Shown piece after piece: positions 33,600 to 39,374 of a stretch of DNA of 39,374 nt. Made by a program: the position numbers and the translations under genes. The stretch is from a virus. The stretch spans positions 1 to 39,374 of IMG/VR virus record IMGVR_UViG_3300011921_000002. One strand, 5' to 3'. How positions within the stretch are numbered: position 1 is the first letter of the stretch; each line of letters begins with the position of its first letter. The notes under the pieces were generated by a model. The model was not told the origin of the DNA, ran no database searches, and saw only the letters and a program-made list of their open reading frames with translations.

Positions 33600-33871
33600 C
33601 GTCTAAACAGTTAAAGGGTGCAGGCGTTGGGTTAATAAGCCTGCGTCCGGATCTTTCCCAAAATGTCGTCACGGCCATTTAGCTAACTCTGTCAGGCCAG
33701 GTGGCCATCGCTCGGTGCTGAATGCGGTATCGTTTTTTCGTCCGATGTGGTGATCTTACATCAACACATATCCACAACGCAATACCTATTCCGAGTGATT
33801 TATGTGGGTATTCGTTCCGCCCAGGTAAATCAAGGGTTCACAAGGTGTTGCGCCTGTGTCATCATTGAGGG
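33600..33871. promoter_or_regulatory. Divergent early control region
   Basis: A 272-nt non-coding gap between oppositely oriented operons. It contains TGTGGTGAT (33746-33754), the inverted TGTGGATAT (33768-33776 on the - strand), TGTGGGTAT (33803-33811) and the dyad AATACC/GGTATT (33781-33786 / 33807-33812). No exact promoter hexamers are assigned. Confidence 0.6.
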
Positions 33872-34102
33872 ATGAACAACACCATCAACCACACATCGCC
33901 AGTTGAACTGGCCATCGACATGTTTGGCGGGGTACGAAAACTCGCCCGCGCCCTCAACCGCGATCCTGCCGCAGTGTCTCGCTGGCAAAAGTCTGGCATC
34001 GTGCCGACTGCCGTACAGCGTCGCCTCCTGGAATTAGCCTGGGAGCGCGGCATCGACATCACTGCGCACGACATCGTGTTTGGGCGCGAAGTCAATGATT
34101 GA
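33872..34102 (+). CDS. Cro/YdaS-like small HTH regulator
   Basis: 76 aa. VRKLARALNRDPAAVSRWQKSGIVP is a helix-turn-helix. It is the first gene of the rightward unit. Confidence 0.7.
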   Translation: MNNTINHTSPVELAIDMFGGVRKLARALNRDPAAVSRWQKSGIVPTAVQRRLLELAWERGIDITAHDIVFGREVND

Positions 34103-34463
34103 ACTCATGCTGGGCTGGCCACCCTCGGACCTGTCACCCAACAAGCGCCTGCATTGGGCCAAGGTGTCAAAGGTCAAGGCGGCATACCGCGAAGCCTGCT
34201 GGGCGTTGACGCTCGAGCAGTACCGCATCAGGACTGACCTGGTGCCCGCTGGCAACCTGCACCTGGTGCTCGAGTTTGTGCCGCCCGACCGGCGCAGTTA
34301 CGATCGAGACAACCTGGTGGCCAGGATGAAGTCTGGACTTGATGGCGTCGCTGATGCACTCAAGATCAACGACAAACAATTCACAACACTGACTGCACGA
34401 GTGGACGCGGGGCAGATCGGTGGTTTCGTACGCGTCCAAATTTCGAAGGAATCCAACGAATGA
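34095..34463 (+). CDS. rusA: RusA-family Holliday junction resolvase
   Basis: SPNKRLHWAK...PPDRRSYDRDNLVARMKSGLDGVADAL is the RusA signature. The start was chosen at MIELML. Confidence 0.85.
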   Translation: MIELMLGWPPSDLSPNKRLHWAKVSKVKAAYREACWALTLEQYRIRTDLVPAGNLHLVLEFVPPDRRSYDRDNLVARMKSGLDGVADALKINDKQFTTLTARVDAGQIGGFVRVQISKESNE

Positions 34464-34849
34464 ACATTGCAATACTCACCGGCAACCTGGGGCGTGACCC
34501 CGAACTACGCCAGCACAACGGCGACAACATCCTGAACTTTGCCATCGGCGTGGCCATCGGCACCAAAGACAAACCCGAAACCATGTGGGTCGATTGCGCA
34601 CTGTGGGGTAAGCGGGCAACCAGCCTGCAACCGTACCTTGCCAAAGGCCAGCGCGTGACCGTCAGCGGCCCGATCAAACTCGAGGAATACAAAGCCAAGG
34701 ACGGCACGCCAAAAACGCGCCTGCGCCTGTCTGTAGACCAGGTGGACCTACCGCCAAAGGGTGACGCGCCAGCGCGGCCACAACAAACGCAACAAACGCA
34801 ACAGCCTGCCGGTGACATGGCAGACATGGACGACGACATTCCATTTTGA
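34460..34849 (+). CDS. ssb: Single-stranded DNA-binding protein
   Basis: OB-fold N-terminus MNIAILTGNLGRDPELR, a Q/P-rich linker and an acidic tip DMDDDIPF. Confidence 0.9.
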   Translation: MNIAILTGNLGRDPELRQHNGDNILNFAIGVAIGTKDKPETMWVDCALWGKRATSLQPYLAKGQRVTVSGPIKLEEYKAKDGTPKTRLRLSVDQVDLPPKGDAPARPQQTQQTQQPAGDMADMDDDIPF

Positions 34850-34857
34850 GGTGTAAT

Positions 34858-35166
34858 ATGAAAACCTATGAAGACTTTGTGCGCATTCGTGGCTGGGCGC
34901 ACCAGCGCAACCTGGTATCCGGCAGTACGACCGATAAGCAGTTCACCAAGTTGATCGAAGAGATCGGCGAGTTGGCCGCAGGCCTGGCCCGCAAGGACAC
35001 GGTCAAGGTGATGGACGGCATCGGCGACGCTGTGGTGGTGCTCACCATCCTGGCCGAGCAGATGGGGTTCAGCATTGAGGCTTGCATCGAGATGGCCTAC
35101 GACGAAATCAAGGACCGCAAAGGTCGCATGATCGACGGCGTTTTTGTGAAAGAAGCCGACCTGTAA
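34858..35166 (+). CDS. mazG: MazG-like nucleotide pyrophosphohydrolase
   Basis: LIEEIGELAAGLAR...DGIGDAVVVLTILA carries the EExGE and D..GD metal-binding helices. Confidence 0.8.
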   Translation: MKTYEDFVRIRGWAHQRNLVSGSTTDKQFTKLIEEIGELAAGLARKDTVKVMDGIGDAVVVLTILAEQMGFSIEACIEMAYDEIKDRKGRMIDGVFVKEADL

Positions 35167-35174
35167 AAAAACCC

Positions 35175-35227
35175 TTGACACATCCTCTTGGTATTGGTTT
35201 AGAATTAGAAAACCATCAACCAAGAGG
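35175..35227 (+). promoter_or_regulatory. TTGACA box plus a 44-nt interrupted stem-loop that overlaps the SD of the next gene
   Basis: TTGACA lies at 35175-35180. CCTCTTGGT (35184-35192) pairs with ACCAAGAGG (35219-35227). The inner arms are TGGTTT (35195-35200) and AAACCA (35210-35215). TAGAAT (35200-35205) lies in the loop region, 19 nt from the -35. Confidence 0.45.
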
Positions 35228-35236
35228 AGTGTTAAA

Positions 35237-35425
35237 TTGGATTCCCCCCGTATCAATGCCGCCAAAAACGGCGAGCGCAAGTACACCGGTAAGCCCTGCA
35301 AAGCCTGCGGCGAGACACTGAGATACACCATCAACGCGGCCTGCGTTGCATGCACCAACAAAGCCAAAGTCAAGAGCGATGACACGATCCGCTCATTGCT
35401 TGACCAGGCCAAGGCAGGTGCGTGA
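35237..35425 (+). CDS. Small zinc-ribbon protein (TTG start)
   Basis: Two CxxC pairs (CKAC, CVAC). GAGGAG (35224-35229) lies 7 nt before TTG 35237. Confidence 0.6.
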   Translation: MDSPRINAAKNGERKYTGKPCKACGETLRYTINAACVACTNKAKVKSDDTIRSLLDQAKAGA

Positions 35426-36189
35426 TGCACTTCTACTCATTCAACATCGGCGACTACATAAGCCACACCCGGCACCTCACGGTGATCGAGGACTGTGCTT
35501 ACCGTCGTCTGCTGGATCTGTACTACCTGCACGAACAACCGTTGAACGAGTGTTCAACGACCGTTGCACGGGCGATCAACATGCGCGATCACGAAGACGA
35601 AGTCGGTGCTGTTCTCGAGGAATTTTTTGAACTCGTGGAGGGGTCCGGATGGGTCAATCGCAGGGCAGATGAAGAGATTGCGAAGTACCACAACAGGCTG
35701 GAAGCCGCATCCAGAGCGGGCAAGGCGTCTGCTGAACGAAGGTCCAACGCTCGTTCAACGACCGTGCAACCAAACAATAAACAAGAAACAGTAAACATAA
35801 AACAAGAAACAAAGATAAATACAAGGGACAAGCCCTTGTCCTGCCCTGATGGCGTATCGCCTGAAGTTTGGGATGGATTCACAAAAGTGCGCAAAGCCAA
35901 GAAGGCTCCAGTCACTCAAGCGGCCATGGCAGGCATCGAGCGCGAAGCACGCAAAGCAGGCTGGTCACTCAATGCCGCATTGACCGAATGCTGTGCAAGG
36001 GGATGGGCAGGGTTCAAAGCCGACTGGGTCAACAAAGACCAGAACGGCAACAAGACTCAGCACCAGATCAACCAGGAGGGCATTGCCAGATCTCTTGGAC
36101 TTTTACCGAAACACGACGAATACCAAGGAACCATCATCGAAGGGGAAATTTATGACACCGAATCCAATACTGCCAAACGCTTGGGTTGA
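35422..36189 (+). CDS. DUF1376/YdaU-like replication-associated protein
   Basis: The N-terminus FYSFNIGDYISHTRHLTVIEDCAYRRLLDLYY is the YdaU-type motif. The C-terminal half resembles DnaT/replication-organiser DNA-binding regions. Confidence 0.7.
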   Translation: MMHFYSFNIGDYISHTRHLTVIEDCAYRRLLDLYYLHEQPLNECSTTVARAINMRDHEDEVGAVLEEFFELVEGSGWVNRRADEEIAKYHNRLEAASRAGKASAERRSNARSTTVQPNNKQETVNIKQETKINTRDKPLSCPDGVSPEVWDGFTKVRKAKKAPVTQAAMAGIEREARKAGWSLNAALTECCARGWAGFKADWVNKDQNGNKTQHQINQEGIARSLGLLPKHDEYQGTIIEGEIYDTESNTAKRLG

Positions 36190-36544
36190 GAAGATTTTTG
36201 CCAGGCTCCAAGGCATTTATGGCCGAGAGTTCACAGGGCAATTCAGCACCGGCATGGTCAATGGCATTGACGCTGGACTTGAAAACGCAAAGGCCACATG
36301 GGCTGAAGAACTGGGTGGATTTGTGAAGTGGCCAGAGGCCATTGCGTATGCACTCGAGCACTTGCCTGAACGCGTGCCCAACTGCATCAAGTTTAAAGAA
36401 CTGTGCCGCATGGCGCCAAGGCCTGAACCGCCGAAGCTGGAGCACAAGATCTCTGAAGAGCAGATGGCAATCAACAGAGCAAGGGTCAGAAAAATGATGG
36501 ACGAGTTACGCGACAAGATGGCAATACCAAAGGAGAGAACATGA
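36152..36544 (+). CDS. Hypothetical replication-module protein
   Basis: 130 aa from ATG 36152 (AAGGGGA upstream). The track ORF has an off-frame-looking N-terminal extension. Confidence 0.55.
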   Translation: MTPNPILPNAWVEKIFARLQGIYGREFTGQFSTGMVNGIDAGLENAKATWAEELGGFVKWPEAIAYALEHLPERVPNCIKFKELCRMAPRPEPPKLEHKISEEQMAINRARVRKMMDELRDKMAIPKERT

Positions 36545-36744
36545 GCACGATCAAAACAGTTTCGATATGGCTTGCACTGCTGGGTGCATTTGCATTCGTC
36601 AACCAGATGGACTACGACGATGCCATCAAGGCAGAGCAACACTACTGCGACATGGTGCGCGAAGGCCACTGGCCAGCGTACAAGCCTGAGATCGATTGCA
36701 AACGCATCGATCAAGAGCACATGGTGCGAGGCATCAAGTTGTGA
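36541..36744 (+). CDS. Small membrane protein
   Basis: 67 aa. The TM helix is VSIWLALLGAFAFV. ATGA overlap upstream. Confidence 0.55.
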   Translation: MSTIKTVSIWLALLGAFAFVNQMDYDDAIKAEQHYCDMVREGHWPAYKPEIDCKRIDQEHMVRGIKL

Positions 36745-37178
36745 GAAAGCGAAGTAAGTACAGGCCAAAACCATTGCCAGTATTGCCAAAGATTTTTCGC
36801 CACAACAAACAGGCCGAAGTCGATCTGCAATTCGTTCCACACATGGAGTTGGAAAAGTTTAAGACCGGCGACGCTGATGAGTACACATGGAACACGGTGT
36901 GCTTTCGATTGAACTGGGGCTATGTGATGTCCGGTGACCATTTCGATTCTGTTGAGGCACGCGAACTCATGGAGCAATCACTGGCCGCGATTAAGTCAGT
37001 CAAAGCCAGGCATGAGCGCACCAGCAAGTGGGGCACAACCGGCGAAGAGTTCAATGTGATTGGCCAGGCCTTGAACTTGACCGATGAGATGCAACTGAAC
37101 ACAACCAGAAGACAACAGGAGGATTCATTGAACACACTGCTAAGACTTAACGAACTGAAGATTGGAGGCAAGTTTTGA
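36741..37178 (+). CDS. Hypothetical protein (GTG start)
   Basis: 145 aa. GTGA overlap with the previous stop. The basic N-terminus RKRSKYRPKPLP is followed by a helical domain. Confidence 0.5.
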   Translation: MRKRSKYRPKPLPVLPKIFRHNKQAEVDLQFVPHMELEKFKTGDADEYTWNTVCFRLNWGYVMSGDHFDSVEARELMEQSLAAIKSVKARHERTSKWGTTGEEFNVIGQALNLTDEMQLNTTRRQQEDSLNTLLRLNELKIGGKF

Positions 37179-37630
37179 CATACGGCAATGCAGACCAAAC
37201 CTACCAGGACAGGCAGGGCGTCGGTGTCAACATCGGCGAAGAGATGTTTGAGCAATGGTGCGAGCGCAATGGGTGGAACTGCACGCGCCTGGGCTTTGAT
37301 GAGAAGTTTGCCAATGTGGGCGCCTTCTACAATCTCAACCCCATACTGCGCAACATGCCCGACTATGTGATCCAGCGTGATGAACGCACCTTCGTGGTCA
37401 ATGTCAAAGGCACAGCCAACATCAAAGAAAAAGAGCGCTTGCTCTTGCCTCAATTGATCGAGGCCTACTCAACGCAAAAAGCGCCGCTGATCTACATGTT
37501 CAGCATTCGCAATCAGCGCATGAAGTTTGCAGAGGCAGAGCACATCATCGAACTGTATGACATCGAGTCAGACAAGAAGTGGCACGACGGTGTTGTGTAT
37601 CGAACCATCCGCCTGGAGTATGTGCGATGA
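37175..37630 (+). CDS. PD-(D/E)XK-like nuclease-fold protein (tentative; TTG start)
   Basis: GEEMFEQWCERNGW...MPDYVIQRDERTFVVNVKG resembles the E...PD...(D/E)xK layout, but has N in place of the acidic residue. GGAGG lies 6 nt before the TTG. Confidence 0.4.
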   Translation: MTYGNADQTYQDRQGVGVNIGEEMFEQWCERNGWNCTRLGFDEKFANVGAFYNLNPILRNMPDYVIQRDERTFVVNVKGTANIKEKERLLLPQLIEAYSTQKAPLIYMFSIRNQRMKFAEAEHIIELYDIESDKKWHDGVVYRTIRLEYVR

Positions 37631-37737
37631 ACATTGGGCACATCATGATGCTGATCGGTGAACTATTGATCGGTGCAGGAATCGGTGTCGCACTGATCGG
37701 TGTGGCAATATATTTTTATTTGAAAGGTTTGAAATGA
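37627..37737 (+). CDS. 36-aa single-TM peptide (below the ORF-track cutoff)
   Basis: My own translation: MNIGHIMMLIGELLIGAGIGVALIGVAIYFYLKGLK. ATGA overlaps at both ends link it to its neighbours. Confidence 0.5.
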   Translation: MNIGHIMMLIGELLIGAGIGVALIGVAIYFYLKGLK

Positions 37738-37994
37738 AATTCGCACGAGTATTTGATGTGGTCCGATATGGCCAGATCGTTATGTTGAAACAGCAGAACC
37801 AAGAAGGCGCACCTGAGTTGCGATTCTTTTGCCAACCCGAAGGCATGGGTGTTTGCTCATTTGCTATTGGCTGGGACGACGACAGCGGCGAAAGCAAGAT
37901 CGAGCACGCATTCGAGCACATGGTCATGCGTGAAGCGATCGAGATCGTCGACGGCTGGTTCAAGCACATGTCGGCCATGGAGCAAAAACATTGA
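37734..37994 (+). CDS. Hypothetical protein
   Basis: 86 aa, coupled by ATGA/TTGA overlaps. Confidence 0.5.
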   Translation: MKFARVFDVVRYGQIVMLKQQNQEGAPELRFFCQPEGMGVCSFAIGWDDDSGESKIEHAFEHMVMREAIEIVDGWFKHMSAMEQKH

Positions 37995-38218
37995 CACCAC
38001 GCGAGCAATACGAGATCGATGTCACGCTCCACGATGGGCGTGTCGTTGGCTCATGGTCACGCGAATGGATGATTGAATGCGAAGCCAAGCACCTGCTGAC
38101 ATTGCCACTGTGGAAGCGCAGAGAAGAACTCGATGCCCGTGAAAAAAAACGCGGCGTTAAATCGGTAGAACAACTCAAGGCCGTGATGGCCTCGATACAC
38201 ACAAGAAGAAAAAAATGA
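37991..38218 (+). CDS. Hypothetical protein (TTG start)
   Basis: 75 aa. TTGA overlap upstream and ATGA overlap downstream. Confidence 0.5.
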   Translation: MTPREQYEIDVTLHDGRVVGSWSREWMIECEAKHLLTLPLWKRREELDAREKKRGVKSVEQLKAVMASIHTRRKK

Positions 38219-38454
38219 CAGCACTCGAACAAGCAAAAAAAATTCTCGATCGCACGCGTGAAGGATGGAACATAAACCCACAACGAATAAATTGGGCGCT
38301 CGAAATTACCGGTGACATCGTTGCGGAAAATTCAATGATGATGCAAAATCAACCCTGTGCAACTTCGCACAACACTCGAGGAGATCATCATGGGCTATGG
38401 CAAAGACAAGGGCAAGAAACCCCCGAAGCGTTAAGCAGTACCCTATTGGCATGA
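38215..38454 (+). CDS. Hypothetical protein
   Basis: 79 aa. The N-terminal half looks protein-like and the C-terminal half is of doubtful quality. Confidence 0.45.
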   Translation: MTALEQAKKILDRTREGWNINPQRINWALEITGDIVAENSMMMQNQPCATSHNTRGDHHGLWQRQGQETPEALSSTLLA

Positions 38455-38455
38455 G

Positions 38456-38716
38456 ATGAAGGGAAAGAAGCGCGTGCAATTTGTGGCAGTAAATGAACAG
38501 GGATACCGCATTGGCGCATCCCATCACAATGCCCGCCTTCCGGATGAGGTCATAGACAAGATCCGTGACATGCACGAAGACGAGGAAGTGGGCTACCGCA
38601 AACTGGCCAAGATCTTCGACATCCCCTTGAGCACCATCAAGAAAATTTGCAAGTACGAGCGACGAGCACAAACCCCTGATAGATGGAAAAAAATCATCGA
38701 TGAAACCCAAGACTGA
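38456..38716 (+). CDS. HTH DNA-binding protein upstream of the terminase genes
   Basis: 86 aa. GYRKLAKIFDIPLSTIKKICKYE is a helix-turn-helix. Confidence 0.6.
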   Translation: MKGKKRVQFVAVNEQGYRIGASHHNARLPDEVIDKIRDMHEDEEVGYRKLAKIFDIPLSTIKKICKYERRAQTPDRWKKIIDETQD

Positions 38717-39221
38717 ACCGAAAAAAAATGGTCGACCTTCTAGCTTTGAGCAGAAGGTAGCGGACCTGATCTGTCTGCGTCTTGCTGATGGCGAAAGCCT
38801 GCGATCGATATGCCGCGATGATTCAATGCCTGGAATGAGCACCGTGTTTAGGTGGCTGGCTGATGAAAAACTCAAAGGGTTCCGGGAGCAATACGCGCAC
38901 GCACGCGAAGTGGGCCTTGAGACTATGGCCGACGAGATCCTTGAGATCGCGGACGAAACAAGCCGTGACACCCTGGTAAACAGCAAGGGCGACGAGATGG
39001 CCAACAGCGAATGGATCGCCCGGTCCAAGGTCCGGATCGACACCCGCAAGTGGTTGCTGTCCAAACAACTGCCCAAGAAGTACGGCGACCGCACTGTGTT
39101 GGCCGGTGACCCTGACAACCCATTGATGGAGCCACTGGACGACACCCAGCGAGCGGCCAAACTGCAAGCGATCTTGGCCACAGCCCAGGCGCGGAAAGCC
39201 AAGAATGGCGGCGGCGTTTGA
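38700..39221 (+). CDS. terS: Terminase small subunit
   Basis: GRPSSFEQKVADLICLRLADGESLRSICRDDSMPGMSTVFRWL...QYAHAREVGLETMADEILEIADE...RIDTRKWLLSKQLPKKYGD is the classic small-terminase pattern. Confidence 0.85.
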   Translation: MKPKTEPKKNGRPSSFEQKVADLICLRLADGESLRSICRDDSMPGMSTVFRWLADEKLKGFREQYAHAREVGLETMADEILEIADETSRDTLVNSKGDEMANSEWIARSKVRIDTRKWLLSKQLPKKYGDRTVLAGDPDNPLMEPLDDTQRAAKLQAILATAQARKAKNGGGV

Positions 39222-39374
39222 CCCAGCACTGCTGGCGTATCTAACCGATGAAGAGCGAGCAGAACTCGACTCCCTACTGACCAGCGACAAGACCTTGTGG
39301 CGCCCATTGCCTGGGCCTCAGACCATTGCGTACGAAAGCCAGGCCGACATCATTGGCTACGGCGGCGCGGCGGG
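39205..39374 (+). CDS. terL: Terminase large subunit, 5' portion (continues at base 78 after removing the duplicated 77 nt)
   Basis: ATG 39205 lies inside the terS 3' end. MAAAFDPALLAYLTDEERAELDSLLTSDKTLWRPLPGPQ... is in phase with the ORF at 1..1440 across the repeat. Confidence 0.85.
   Translation, partial: MAAAFDPALLAYLTDEERAELDSLLTSDKTLWRPLPGPQTIAYESQADIIGYGGAA
39298..39374. repeat. Terminal direct repeat, identical to 1-77
   Basis: Compared base by base, 77/77 identical. Confidence 0.95.

Noticed and set aside
34381-35430. 349-aa ORF on the - strand opposite ssb, mazG and the Zn-ribbon gene
   Set aside because: Its composition is junk-like (Arg/Ser/Pro/Cys runs such as CCVCCVCC). It is antisense to three recognisable genes. 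Long open antisense frames like this are expected in GC-rich coding DNA.
37643-38032. 129-aa ORF on the - strand in the small-gene block
   Set aside because: The + strand here is fully tiled by translationally coupled genes with 4-nt overlaps. The - strand product is Ser/Cys/Arg-rich and has no ribosome-binding site.
38381-38432. AGGAGATCATCATGGG, identical to the RBS/start at 2492-2507, heading a 13-codon ORF (MGYGKDKGKKPPKR) inside 38215..38454
   Set aside because: The 16-nt identity is real. However, the ORF is only 13 codons and overlaps a longer ORF, and I have no further support. It is noted only as a possible leader peptide.
38306-39307. 333-aa ORF on the - strand opposite terS and the HTH gene
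   Set aside because: It is antisense to a clearly recognisable small terminase. It is Ser/Arg/Leu-rich and low in complexity, and has no SD.
1-39374. tRNA, rRNA or integrase/attP features
   Set aside because: No cloverleaf-like segments or long non-coding gaps are available. The largest intergenic regions are 272 nt and 114 nt. No tyrosine- or serine-recombinase motifs appear in any ORF.

Overview
This window appears to be a complete, circularly closed podovirus-type phage genome. Bases 1-77 are identical to 39298-39374, so the unique length is 39,297 bp and the large terminase gene wraps across the junction (39205 -> 1440).

Organisation: two divergent transcription units leave a control region at 33600-33871 and converge on a strong terminator at 29184-29216.
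- The + unit (33872 -> 39297/1 -> 29130) carries, in order:
  - a Cro-like regulator, RusA, SSB, MazG and a replication module;
  - a chain of small translationally coupled genes;
  - TerS and TerL, then an Asp/Asn-hydroxylase-like plus GNAT pair;
  - portal, scaffold, major capsid and a cement-type protein (BPP-1/epsilon15-like head module);
  - T7 gp11/gp12-like adaptor and nozzle, then two internal virion proteins;
  - a 3109-aa multi-enzyme virion protein;
  - two tail-fibre genes with paralogous glycine-rich C-terminal modules;
  - a lysis cassette (holin candidates, Rz with embedded Rz1, M15 endolysin).
- The - unit (33587 -> 29216) carries small early genes, a YqaJ-type exonuclease, RecT, an Xis/AlpA-like HTH protein and a lipoprotein.

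Not recognised: integrase, CI-type repressor, DNA or RNA polymerase, reverse transcriptase, tRNA, CRISPR.

Most unusual signals:
1. Two Shine-Dalgarno-led, protein-like ORFs overprinted in the +1 frame of the giant virion gene, bracketing its GNAT-like module.
2. The polyvalent architecture of that gene (PARP-like ART, GNAT-like fold, HExxH).
3. A strand-specific GGTACCCGTATCC motif placed right after stop codons in the late operon.
4. AT-rich, apparently imported receptor-binding modules.

All family names come from reading motifs by eye. No search or alignment was run.
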